From the IMG/VR virus record IMGVR_UViG_2890906962_000004, positions 1-64,000 of that record: 64,000 bases of DNA; one strand, given 5' to 3'. Below are positions 9,370-18,513 of the stretch, one piece after another. Made by a program: the position numbers and the translations under genes. Numbering within the stretch: position 1 is the first letter of the stretch; each line of letters opens with the position of its first letter. The stretch is from a virus. Taxonomy: Duplodnaviria > Caudoviricetes. The notes under the pieces were generated by a model. The model had not been told where the DNA came from. It did not search any database and saw only the letters and a program-made list of their open reading frames with translations.

Positions 9370-9659
9370 TGACAAGTATACCTATAGAGACATTGCGCTA
9401 CCTCGTAATGCTTGATGACGGGCTTAATTACAATCAAATAGCCGCCTCTATAGGCAAAAGTCACCAAGCGATCACCCAGGCTATTACTGCCGCTGAAAAT
9501 GCTACTAAGTTACCCTTGGTCAATTCATCCCGGCAAGGCAATACGCTCACGGAAATCGGCGCGCGCATAGCGGTTCCAGCCCGTAAAGCGATAGTTCGTT
9601 ATGACCAAACAACAGCCTTTATTGCTGTAATTCAGAAAGTGAGTAGAAATGAAAATTAA
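9369..9659 (+). CDS. stand-alone LysR-type HTH protein
   Basis: SHQAITQAI.A.E....L..R.G..LTEIG; no effector domain. Confidence 0.7.
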   Translation: MTSIPIETLRYLVMLDDGLNYNQIAASIGKSHQAITQAITAAENATKLPLVNSSRQGNTLTEIGARIAVPARKAIVRYDQTTAFIAVIQKVSRNEN

Positions 9660-10149
9660 GTGCTTCAAATGTGAAGGTGAATCATTACGCATCAAGCAAT
9701 GCGACATGGATATGGACGGCCGCGTAGAGGCTTGTACCTACAAATTAACAATGGAGTGCATTAGTTGCTTTGCTTCCCATAATATTCAAGTGAGCCAAGA
9801 GCACTACGCAAATGCCATGAGTCAGCTCAGAAAAGGGATCGATAGCTTTCCGAAGAAAATCTATATCTCTGGCCCCATGTCCGGCATTGCCGAATTTAAC
9901 CGCCCTGCTTTTAATCGTGCCGCTGACAGAATACTCAGCAAGGGAAACATACCCCTTAACCCTGCAACCCTTCCTGATGGGCTTACGGAGCATGAATACA
10001 TGGATATTTGTATAGCGATGTTGCGGTGTGCCGATGAAATGTTGATGTTGCCTGGTTGGGAGAATTCGGTAGGTGCAAGGGCTGAATATGCAATGGGCGA
10101 GAAGTTGGGTTTACCGGCTTCATTCATTAGAAAGGTGAAAGGATTATGA
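9649..10149 (+). CDS. Zn-ribbon + DUF4406 (nucleoside deoxyribosyltransferase-like) protein
   Basis: CxxC..CxxC, then IYISGPMSG..FNRPAF..LNPA..WE.S.GARAE. Confidence 0.8.
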   Translation: MKIKCFKCEGESLRIKQCDMDMDGRVEACTYKLTMECISCFASHNIQVSQEHYANAMSQLRKGIDSFPKKIYISGPMSGIAEFNRPAFNRAADRILSKGNIPLNPATLPDGLTEHEYMDICIAMLRCADEMLMLPGWENSVGARAEYAMGEKLGLPASFIRKVKGL

Positions 10150-10511
10150 TTACCTCAGCACGGTTCATTTCAGTACCAAGTGAGAAATGGCCTCAGAAGT
10201 TATACGACCCTAGGCGCGTGGCAGTGTGGTTGAGTCATGAGTTTCTTGTGCAACAAATTGCCGAAGAAAACGGAGTAATTCGCCTCACGATAAACCTTAA
10301 TTACCGTAACGGTAATGGACGTTGGCAGGACGGCATTTCTTGGGATGAATTACAGCAAATCAAAAACGCCGTTGGCTTTAGTGAGTATGACGCCGTAGAG
10401 GTTTACCCCAAAGAAAGTGACCTGGTTAACGTTGCCAATATGCGCCACCTTTGGATTTTGCCAGAACCGCTACCGTTCGTATGGAGAAGTGATGACAAAC
10501 GAACAGATTAA
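10146..10511 (+). CDS. conserved phage hypothetical protein
   Basis: ISWDELQQIK..AVEVYP...LVNVANMRHLW motif. Confidence 0.8.
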   Translation: MITSARFISVPSEKWPQKLYDPRRVAVWLSHEFLVQQIAEENGVIRLTINLNYRNGNGRWQDGISWDELQQIKNAVGFSEYDAVEVYPKESDLVNVANMRHLWILPEPLPFVWRSDDKRTD

Positions 10512-10968
10512 GCAAATCTTCCTTGCTAACGGCTTCACTGAGAAGCTGCAAGCTGGTGGAGATACCGATTTAAACCCTTACGTCTACAAAGCCGCCAGGG
10601 CGCTTATAGAAGCCGATAGGGAAAATAGTAAACCCACATTTACTAATCGGGAAGAAATCAGCCAAGCCGTTGTTACCATGTCAAAAGCTGTATATCTCTA
10701 CTATAGAAGCCTTCCTGACGGTATAGAGAAAGATGAAGCTTATAGCGTCTACAAAGCCTTGGGTTTTTTGCGTTTTTCCACGGTGGCTAAAGAGTTTATT
10801 GAAGCCATCAATCCACGGACAAACGTTAAAAATGACATTATAAAAATCACCAGTATGTTAGCGGAAAACGAATGGGCTGAGCATGTTGCCAATACCCCAT
10901 TAGGCCAACGCCTTGAAGGGCAGATAACAGACATGATTAACCGCATTAACGGGAGTTGGGACGAATGA
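10492..10968 (+). CDS. mosaic hypothetical phage protein
   Basis: GGAG RBS before ATG 10492; LANGF..K....DLNPYVY and LAENEWAEH modules. Confidence 0.75.
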   Translation: MTNEQIKQIFLANGFTEKLQAGGDTDLNPYVYKAARALIEADRENSKPTFTNREEISQAVVTMSKAVYLYYRSLPDGIEKDEAYSVYKALGFLRFSTVAKEFIEAINPRTNVKNDIIKITSMLAENEWAEHVANTPLGQRLEGQITDMINRINGSWDE

Positions 10969-11032
10969 TTGCATTAACACAAGAGAAGCGTGAAGAGAAA
11001 ATCAAGCGCCTAAACGGCATGGCTGGTGGTGC

Positions 11033-11512
11033 ATGACCATGGAGCCGCAAATACTTGATATGTGTTGCGGCTCTCGTATGTTTTGGCTTGATAAAGACGA
11101 TCCTCGCGTTATGTTTTGCGATGTGAGAGCCGAAACACACGAAATGCCCGACAGAAAACCCCTTACCGTTTCCCCTGATGTTATCGCCGATTTTCGTAAC
11201 CTTCCTTTCCCTGATGAATCATTCTGGCAAGTGGTATTCGATCCACCCCACTTGCTGCGCGCTGGCATAAACGGTTGGATGCGCAAGAAGTATGGCAAGC
11301 TCGACAAAGTAACGTGGCCAGAAGATTTAAGGCAGGGTTTCAAAGAGGCTTTTAGGGTGCTCAAACCTAACGGAACGCTAGTTTTTAAGTGGAATGAAAC
11401 ACAAATCAGGATAAGCCAGATATTACCCCTTACCGAATACAAACCTACCGTATGGCAGCGCACCGGCAAGGGCGATAAAACTCATTGGATTTTGTTTATT
11501 AAACCAGAATAG
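11033..11512 (+). CDS. class I SAM-dependent methyltransferase (phage type)
   Basis: ILDMCCGSRMFW, VVFDPPH and RVLKPNG motifs. Confidence 0.9.
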   Translation: MTMEPQILDMCCGSRMFWLDKDDPRVMFCDVRAETHEMPDRKPLTVSPDVIADFRNLPFPDESFWQVVFDPPHLLRAGINGWMRKKYGKLDKVTWPEDLRQGFKEAFRVLKPNGTLVFKWNETQIRISQILPLTEYKPTVWQRTGKGDKTHWILFIKPE

Positions 11513-11518
11513 GTACTC

Positions 11519-12040
11519 ATGGACAGAAAAGAACTACTCCAAAAGGCTCATAAGCGCCTTTCTACATTGCGCGGCATGAAAGAACGTGGCAATGACAGCA
11601 GCTATATGCCCCGTGGTGGCGTCCGGTTGCAATACGATACTGATATTGCCCTAATGGAAGCCGCGATTGCTCACTTGAAGTTACGGCCACTGAGCGAGAT
11701 TAAAACTAGGCTGGTGGATAGTGAAAACGCAGTAAAAGAAGTTATCGAAACAGCGAACCTAATAATGCCTCATGCCACCCCTGGCGATTGGTGGATGGAT
11801 AGCCACGGTACCGCCCTTGTGTCGTTTACTGGCTCAGGAGTGAAAACCATCTTTAGACCGATTAACGCAAGAGATAAGCCTCATAGGCATACAGAAACAG
11901 GAAGGCTGTCACATTGGGAAAATGATGCAGACGCCTCGTGGATCTCACTCATGCAACCTCGCAACGTCAAACTGTTATTAGACGAGATAGAACAGCTGCA
12001 GTCGAAAGTCACGGAACTAGAATCACAACTGCCAAAATAA
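11519..12040 (+). CDS. Ead/Ea22-like protein
   Basis: ATPG.W..., ADA.WI...P..V..LLDEIE.L. Confidence 0.75.
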   Translation: MDRKELLQKAHKRLSTLRGMKERGNDSSYMPRGGVRLQYDTDIALMEAAIAHLKLRPLSEIKTRLVDSENAVKEVIETANLIMPHATPGDWWMDSHGTALVSFTGSGVKTIFRPINARDKPHRHTETGRLSHWENDADASWISLMQPRNVKLLLDEIEQLQSKVTELESQLPK

Positions 12041-12081
12041 ATTAAACACCCCCTTTTTATTTTTTCAGACCACAAGCACAA

Positions 12082-12804
12082 ATGAGATCCCCCATGAAAG
12101 CAATCCTTACGCCGGATATATCACCGGCGATGGGGCTTGTTATATTCAAGCCTAGCAAAGAACTATTACCCTTATTTGAGAATGGCCGCGTGGTCATATC
12201 ACCTGAATTGCCCCACTTAAAGAATGTCGCTAGTGGTCCTATCCCCCACGCTAAGCAACCTCTCGCAATTAAGCGCGGTTTATCGTCATTCTTTGCAGCT
12301 GACGAGGTGATCAAAAAATTAGGCGGCGTAGGGATGTTGGTTCAGTACGTTAAAGAGTTGGCCCAAGGTCAGTGCCAAGCAACAGAAGAAGATGAAGATA
12401 AGTATCATTTTAAATATTTCTGCGAACTGCATACGGAATGTGGCGTTGTCTGGCTATGCCACCACCATGATAACCACTATCGAGATAACGGCGCGACTGA
12501 GGCACTTAACGAGCTCGCACAGACACAGCGCATAGAATGGATTATCTCACGAATTATCCAGGCATTAGGCAAGGACCCCGATCACACGCTCTCACTGCAA
12601 GAGCTATGCTGGTGGGCTTTTACTCACGGTGCGGCGCACTTTCTTTCTGATTACGTTTTACGTGAAGCAGCCGGTACCGCAACACGAATGGAAGCGATTA
12701 AGAGCGAGTATAAAGAATCAGAATTAATCGTTGATTCATACGACCAGAATTACACCTATCTTGCCGATTGCTGCAGTCAATACACCGCCCACCAGCCAGA
12801 ATAA
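12082..12804 (+). CDS. DUF968-family protein (P1 PdcB-like), apparently C-terminally shortened
   Basis: MKAILTP....G.VIFKP..ELL.LF..GRVVI; LC.HHDN; LSL.ELCWWA. Confidence 0.75.
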   Translation: MRSPMKAILTPDISPAMGLVIFKPSKELLPLFENGRVVISPELPHLKNVASGPIPHAKQPLAIKRGLSSFFAADEVIKKLGGVGMLVQYVKELAQGQCQATEEDEDKYHFKYFCELHTECGVVWLCHHHDNHYRDNGATEALNELAQTQRIEWIISRIIQALGKDPDHTLSLQELCWWAFTHGAAHFLSDYVLREAAGTATRMEAIKSEYKESELIVDSYDQNYTYLADCCSQYTAHQPE

Positions 12805-12836
12805 CTAAGGGGCCGGAGTAATCCGGCCATATAACC

Positions 12837-13472
12837 ATGAAAAACAGATTTTACCTTTCTTGCCAGCGCGACAACGTAGGCGGCAACATGGCGTTTCACG
12901 GTCAAAACGGCCAGGGCTACCACACGAACATAGACAAGGCCCATGTTTACACGCGTGAAGAAGCACAGCGCGCGTGGGAGTTAGGGCGAGACTTTGATGT
13001 ACCTATCAGTGCCGATCATGTTGATGCTCTCACGATATGGCGCGTAGACCATCAATACATTCCTTATGAAAACCTGCTAGTGGATGGGTGCGATCAGTAT
13101 GTAGCGTTCGTCAAAGGCTCGTGGAACGGTAACGATGTGTATTGGCTTACTGAATATCGAACCAGTGACGATTTTTCAAAGGTGAAAGTATTCAGTCAGC
13201 CTGATTTAAGCGATAAAGAATTGGTATGGATGCCGTATAGCGTGGCGAATGAGCAAAAGCGGCGCACCTTTGACGTGAGTAACTATTCGCCCAAAAGGAT
13301 GACACAAGGCGCAGGGATTAAGATGCCCGGACACGTTAAAAGGGCTAAGAATCGCAAGAAGAATCCCCTCTGCCGTATCAATTGCCCTGATTGTGGCCGT
13401 ATCAATTGGCAGGAGCATGATTATCACTTTGAAGGGTGTAGGAACGTGGATTGCGAGGCGCGCCGGTTTTAG
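12837..13472 (+). CDS. conserved phage hypothetical protein with C-terminal Zn finger
   Basis: RFYL...RD.VG.N..FH...G.GY.T; W.GNDVYW; CPDCGRINW. Confidence 0.8.
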   Translation: MKNRFYLSCQRDNVGGNMAFHGQNGQGYHTNIDKAHVYTREEAQRAWELGRDFDVPISADHVDALTIWRVDHQYIPYENLLVDGCDQYVAFVKGSWNGNDVYWLTEYRTSDDFSKVKVFSQPDLSDKELVWMPYSVANEQKRRTFDVSNYSPKRMTQGAGIKMPGHVKRAKNRKKNPLCRINCPDCGRINWQEHDYHFEGCRNVDCEARRF

Positions 13473-13525
13473 TATCAAACAACCATCAAACAAAAAGGGC
13501 GCTATATGCGCCCTTCACTTCTTAA

Positions 13526-13849
13526 CTATTTAACTAACTTTATGTCTTGCTTTCGATGGCGTTTTTGTTCGGTATAAAAGTTTTCGTGCGGTCCGAAGCT
13601 GAGTAAATAGATCTCAAGCTTTCCTTCATTAAAACTATACCCAAGCAAACACTGACGCCCTTTTAAGTCAAATTTATAGACTCGAAGGTAGGATAAATCA
13701 CCCTTCTTTTTCTCACCTGCAGTTGGGTTGTCTATAACAAAATCAATTGCATCTTCTACAACAGCACACTCGTTATCAGGTAGTTTCGATAAAGCCTTTT
13801 CAAATCGGCGGCTTTGAATTACCTCAAGTGCGTTTTGTTCTCCTGACAT
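13526..13849 (-). CDS. RelE/ParE-family toxin
   Basis: GE.KKGDL..LRVYKF...LLGY....GPHENFY. Confidence 0.9.
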   Translation of the reverse strand: MSGEQNALEVIQSRRFEKALSKLPDNECAVVEDAIDFVIDNPTAGEKKKGDLSYLRVYKFDLKGRQCLLGYSFNEGKLEIYLLSFGPHENFYTEQKRHRKQDIKLVK

Positions 13850-14054
13850 ACCGTTTTCCTAATGAATGTTCTAGCTCTTGCTTAGCAAGTAGCGTTTCCA
13901 TCACAAATTCATAAGTAAGATCGGGGTTTTCTTCAAGAATCTTTCCAATACTCGCCCAATGCTCAATCTGCTTAGGAACGCTACGCTTAGCAACGTCAGC
14001 ATAAATTTTGATTGATTCTACAAAGCCATCGTCTAACCGGATGCTAGTAGCCAT
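13824..14054 (-). CDS. ParD-like antitoxin
   Basis: RSVPKQIEHWA.IGK..EENPDL.YEFV motif; upstream of and overlapping the toxin. Confidence 0.9.
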   Translation of the reverse strand: MATSIRLDDGFVESIKIYADVAKRSVPKQIEHWASIGKILEENPDLTYEFVMETLLAKQELEHSLGKRYVRRTKRT

Positions 14055-14104
14055 AAATTCTCACCATTATCTTTTTCAATATAAGTAGGATCTAAGTTTC
14101 AAAT

Positions 14105-14240
14105 GTTTTTCAGAGTCAGATTTAGTAGTTTTTCAGAGTCGGATTCAGTAGTTTTTCAGGTTCAGATTCAATAGTTTTCAGAGTCAGATTTAGTAGTTTT
14201 TCAGAGTCGGATTCAGTAGTTTTTCGGATTCAATAGTTTT
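14105..14240. repeat. 23-bp tandem repeat array (~6 units)
   Basis: Units GTTTTTCAGAGTC(A/G)GATT(T/C)AGTA starting at 14105, 14128, 14151, 14174, 14196, 14219 (last one internally shortened). Confidence 0.9.
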
Positions 14241-14333
14241 AAATGTCAGTATCATTGTATAGATGAGAGATAACAAAATATCGCCTAATGCGACAAAATG
14301 CAACATGTTTATGTTGTCTCCAATTTAGTGCTC

Positions 14334-14357
14334 CGCAAATCTCTAACCTCCTAATCT
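14334..14357 (+). promoter_or_regulatory. putative late promoter
   Basis: CGCAAATCTCTAAC + 4 nt + TAATCT. Confidence 0.75.
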
Positions 14358-14386
14358 AGCCATGCACTCATAAACGAGGCTTAACC

Positions 14387-14875
14387 ATGATCTTAGATTG
14401 GCTTATACGCCACAGTCAGAAGGAAACAGAGAAAATGTCATTAGAAGAACTGCAACCAGAACTACAACCTGAGCCACAGCCGGAGCCGCAAGTCGATCCT
14501 CAACCGGAACCTCAGCCTGAACCGCAGCCAGAAGCAGAACAAGCCGTTGTTAATGATCCCACCCCTGCAGAACCTAAAGCCGAAGACGAACAAAGCGAAC
14601 AGCAATCTAAGCTCGTTGATGCTCTGGACGCTTTAATGGTCGATAAGGGACAGTTAGCGACTGTATCCTCTATCACTGCGAAAGATGGCAATTGTGATTT
14701 AGGTCAGCATAGCCTTACTTTACACCCAATCTCAGCTCGTAGCGCAGTAGATAAGCTAGAAGAAGCCTATAAAGCACGTATTCTTAATATACGAAATGTC
14801 ATTGAGCACTTAGGTAAAGAAGCTGAGGCTGAAGTGCTGACGTTATTTAGAAAATATACTATTGACAGTAACTAG
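14387..14875 (+). CDS. late hypothetical protein with QPEP repeats
   Basis: 162 aa; GAGG RBS; behind late-promoter motif. Confidence 0.8.
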   Translation: MILDWLIRHSQKETEKMSLEELQPELQPEPQPEPQVDPQPEPQPEPQPEAEQAVVNDPTPAEPKAEDEQSEQQSKLVDALDALMVDKGQLATVSSITAKDGNCDLGQHSLTLHPISARSAVDKLEEAYKARILNIRNVIEHLGKEAEAEVLTLFRKYTIDSN

Positions 14876-14980
14876 ATTGGAAAAATTGAATCATTATACG
14901 ATGCACTTGTCGCAACTACATTAGCATTGAGATGACCACATGCATACTAAAGCACCTGTAATTAAACAGGTGCTTTTTTA

Positions 14981-15769
14981 TTAAAAAATTATAGCGATAG
15001 TTACTAAAATAAGTAACCAGACATATACTTTGGAGTGAATAGAATCAGGTATTTTTGGGATAAATCTAGCCAGATATATACCAAGCCCACCAAATATAAT
15101 CAAAAGAATTAAAATACTGGTATTGATAAGTCCTACAAAATGATAATCTTTCATTCCCACATCTGAGGAGTAAAGTGAGTAAATGAAAGTTCCACATATT
15201 GCCATAGGAAGCGTCAAAGGGTTAGCACATGCAACACTTTCTGACATGGTATTACCGTGTCTTCTTAGTAATGGCACAGTCATGACACTGCCCCCGACAC
15301 CAAGAATAGTAGCCACTATTCCAATAATAACCCCTCCTATAGAATATGTAGGAACACTCAAATCTCTCTTTGACACCTGCTTAAAAAAACCTTTCCTGAA
15401 TATGCAATCTACAATTGTAATTACCATGTAAAAAATAAATGCATATCGTATGAAATGATCACTAAGAGTTCCAGATATTAACGATCCAATCACTGCTCCA
15501 AATGCAATAAAAATAATCAGAGGGTATATGAGATTTTTATGAACGTTACCTTTTTTCCAATTAACATACGAGGCGAATGATGAGTTAAATATCATCACAG
15601 CTGTAGAAGTTGCTACGGCAACATGCATTACATTTGGATTGTACGGATATTGATTTGATAGCATCTGGTACACGAAGGGTACTACGACAAACCCCCCGCC
15701 AAATCCAAACATATATGTTGTAATCCCTGTAAGAAAACCGGCTAGGGATATGATAATCAACTCGTTCAT
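14981..15769 (-). CDS. TauE/SafE-family permease
   Basis: FGFGGGFVVVP, A.ATS and LGVGGSVMTVP; multiple TM segments. Confidence 0.9.
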   Translation of the reverse strand: MNELIIISLAGFLTGITTYMFGFGGGFVVVPFVYQMLSNQYPYNPNVMHVAVATSTAVMIFNSSFASYVNWKKGNVHKNLIYPLIIFIAFGAVIGSLISGTLSDHFIRYAFIFYMVITIVDCIFRKGFFKQVSKRDLSVPTYSIGGVIIGIVATILGVGGSVMTVPLLRRHGNTMSESVACANPLTLPMAICGTFIYSLYSSDVGMKDYHFVGLINTSILILLIIFGGLGIYLARFIPKIPDSIHSKVYVWLLILVTIAIIF

Positions 15770-16635
15770 CTTAACTCGCTATTTATGAAATCATTAAACC
15801 TTGTAGTAAATAACTCTCTCTTAACAGAATTAGTATCAGTTAGGAATGTTTGTATATATTCTTTCAATAGTTGGTTATTATCATAAATAATCACCCCACT
15901 ATCTTTACCATTTTTTATTTCTTCCTCTGTAGGAAAGCCCCAATAATTTGGCTCTTCCTGCGTAATACTGCTAACTTCTTCGTCTGAAAAGTATTTCTGT
16001 AAAGATTGTAGTAAAAACTCACCAGATTTTTTACCAGCACTAAACATTGAGCAAAGGAAGCAGAGTCGATAATCGAAATCACCGTATTTTTTAAATAGAA
16101 TAGGCCCGGCATCCCAAAACTCATCCATCTCGTGGATAGAAACTGCATATGACTTATCATTGGCAAGCATCGCTCTGTAGAAAGTCATAACACCTCTGTA
16201 TTTAGGTAAGTCACCTGGATGTAAATTCCATAAACATTTACCCTTGAATTTCTTCATATATTCTTTGGAAAATTTCTGATAGCATCTAATAGAAATCAAC
16301 CCATCATAGCAATCTAGTTTATTTAAAAATTCGGAGTCATTTATATCTTCAACTTTTTGTACAGGAATGCCATACTCCTTTGATATGTTATCAATAGAAG
16401 TATAGTCACCTTCTATTGAATCTTCTTTATCGATAAAAGGAAATACGACATCTTGTAATACTTTCCTTTCATAAATAGACTGATTGTATATTTCATCTAT
16501 TGGTTTATTTTTTGACTTTGATTCGGGCATGTAAATGGTAAACGAAAAGTATTTAGACCCTAATTTTATTAAATCATGACAGGTAAGCCATGAGAAAATA
16601 TCGTTACCTAAAAAAATACATAAATTTGGCTTCAT
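15766..16635 (-). CDS. formyltransferase-family protein
   Basis: NLHPGDLPKYRG and HEMDEFWDAGPI motifs. Confidence 0.88.
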   Translation of the reverse strand: MKPNLCIFLGNDIFSWLTCHDLIKLGSKYFSFTIYMPESKSKNKPIDEIYNQSIYERKVLQDVVFPFIDKEDSIEGDYTSIDNISKEYGIPVQKVEDINDSEFLNKLDCYDGLISIRCYQKFSKEYMKKFKGKCLWNLHPGDLPKYRGVMTFYRAMLANDKSYAVSIHEMDEFWDAGPILFKKYGDFDYRLCFLCSMFSAGKKSGEFLLQSLQKYFSDEEVSSITQEEPNYWGFPTEEEIKNGKDSGVIIYDNNQLLKEYIQTFLTDTNSVKRELFTTRFNDFINSELR

Positions 16636-18023
16636 AAACTACTCTCTGTTAAAAGATTTATATTAGAACGAACGCTTTCTGTTACAGCCTCTATAGCCGC
16701 TGTATAAAAATTCTTTCCTTTGTTTAACTGCCCCACTAGATAAAAAACATCTTCATACCCAATCTCTACTGATGCACCTCCATTGCTATCAGACTTGAGG
16801 ATTCCTTTGTCTATTAGATTAGAGATAAGAGCATTATCGGAAGCTGCATAAGATGGACTGGTACAGTTTATGATAAAATCAAAGCCTTCCTTTTGCAGAA
16901 ACCCATCGAACACTTCAGTATGGAAAATATCCATACAAGAAACCCTTATTTTCCCTAACTTTAATAAATTCCTTATTTTGATAGCATTGAAAAGTGGCAT
17001 AGCATGACGGTTAAGCATCCATGAAGAATTATATTTCTTCATAAATAAAGATTTTTCCTTATTACTCATATTGGACCATGCATCGCAAAATGTTTCATGT
17101 ACGCTATCTAAATAACTACTAATGCAGCTTTCTGAATATATTGATCTCGATATATCACTTTCTAAATTATTAATACACTCATCAATGTGTGGCCCTTTTT
17201 TTGCTTCATGAGACATAACTATTTTCTCATTGCCGTCATAATGTTCATTAAGCCCATCATTCAATAAGCAAACCAACCTCTCAGCAGTTACATTGCTCAT
17301 GGAATCGATACCATTTTTGATGAAACTTACAAACCTATCATTTTTATCTTGTAACGCGAGAGGCTGTACTTTTGGAAAGCAACCACTGCGTGAGATCAGA
17401 TGTATTTCTATATTAGGATTTTGTTTATTAACTTTAAGGATGGCATCAATCGCGGTAAGACTAGTACCCAGTACACAAATTTTATTTGCCTTAGATACCA
17501 TTTTCTCAGTTAAGCACTCTGGGTCTATAATAGGAAATCTACTTTTGGGGTTTTTTGGGGGGTTGTGGCCTGTTGCCAAGAAAACATGTGAGTAAACATC
17601 ACCGGTATTTGGGTGTAGAACAACACCTTTATTGTGAACGACATCCATATCACTAACTTTGCCATGAACCATTTTAATAGAAATGTCCAAGCTTCTTATA
17701 CGCTCTATTGCACTATGTAAAGTATCTTTAAGATACTTGGCATAAAGTTTTCTTGGGACAACATCGACTGAATAATTTTTAGAAATTAGCCATTTAGAAA
17801 AATTATTTTTTTCATAGATATCTACAGACATTCGAGATGATGCCATATTTATAATATGATTTTCATCCATAGTTCTATATGCATACCCACCGTCAAAACT
17901 ACTCTCATCAAATATATCAATTTTCTTAATGCTTAACGCATCTAATAAACTCGGACTTTTTGATAAATTGTATAGCAGCGATACACCACTAGCGCCGCCT
18001 CCAACAACACAGATAGAATTCAT
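16632..18023 (-). CDS. FAD/NAD(P)-binding oxidoreductase
   Basis: VVGGGASG, PR.LY..YL, LATGH and LGTSLTAID motifs. Confidence 0.88.
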   Translation of the reverse strand: MNSICVVGGGASGVSLLYNLSKSPSLLDALSIKKIDIFDESSFDGGYAYRTMDENHIINMASSRMSVDIYEKNNFSKWLISKNYSVDVVPRKLYAKYLKDTLHSAIERIRSLDISIKMVHGKVSDMDVVHNKGVVLHPNTGDVYSHVFLATGHNPPKNPKSRFPIIDPECLTEKMVSKANKICVLGTSLTAIDAILKVNKQNPNIEIHLISRSGCFPKVQPLALQDKNDRFVSFIKNGIDSMSNVTAERLVCLLNDGLNEHYDGNEKIVMSHEAKKGPHIDECINNLESDISRSIYSESCISSYLDSVHETFCDAWSNMSNKEKSLFMKKYNSSWMLNRHAMPLFNAIKIRNLLKLGKIRVSCMDIFHTEVFDGFLQKEGFDFIINCTSPSYAASDNALISNLIDKGILKSDSNGGASVEIGYEDVFYLVGQLNKGKNFYTAAIEAVTESVRSNINLLTESSL

Positions 18024-18357
18024 AATTCCTCAATTATGTATTGACCACGAGAGGTGAAAAAAATACGCAAACGTTTAAATCACGGCAACCTTTCATTAAC
18101 ATAATATAACAATTTAAAGCATAAAGAAAAAAAACAAAAAAAAACACCCACCCACAAAAATGCTACTTATATCTATATATGGCAGCTTTCAAAGAAAATT
18201 CATCTACTAATTATCCATCAACCCATGTTTTTTCAACATAAAATCCGCATTGTGAGACGATTTTTATTAGGAAATACTCCCCCCTCACCTCATCTTTGAA
18301 CGTCAATTTTTTTCAAATTTGAATAAAAAAATAAAAAAACTCTTGACCGCGTTTTCA

Positions 18358-18381
18358 CGCAAATAACGAACCTCTTAATTT
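18358..18381 (+). promoter_or_regulatory. putative late promoter (variant)
   Basis: CGCAAATAACGAAC + 4 nt + TAATTT. Confidence 0.6.
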
Positions 18382-18470
18382 CCTACGCAGGCAAAAGCGA
18401 ACCATTGGGTACTTTTGGCGATTTATCCTTTTTCAGCTAACGCGCGGAAAGGTTCGTAATGCTCAAAGAC

Positions 18471-18497
18471 AGGCCGCTTTATGCGGCCTTTTTTTTT
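18471..18497 (+). terminator. intrinsic terminator in the leader of the neck/baseplate operon
   Basis: AGGCCGC-tttat-GCGGCCT plus long T-run. Confidence 0.75.
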
Positions 18498-18513
18498 ATG
18501 CGAGCGAGGAAGT

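Noticed and set aside
14105-14240. CRISPR mini-array
   Set aside because: Units are contiguous with no unique spacers, and no cas genes are present
18405-18466. tRNA (GGTTCG T-loop-like motif)
   Set aside because: No proper T-stem, D-arm or anticodon arm could be folded; kept only as a candidate structured RNA
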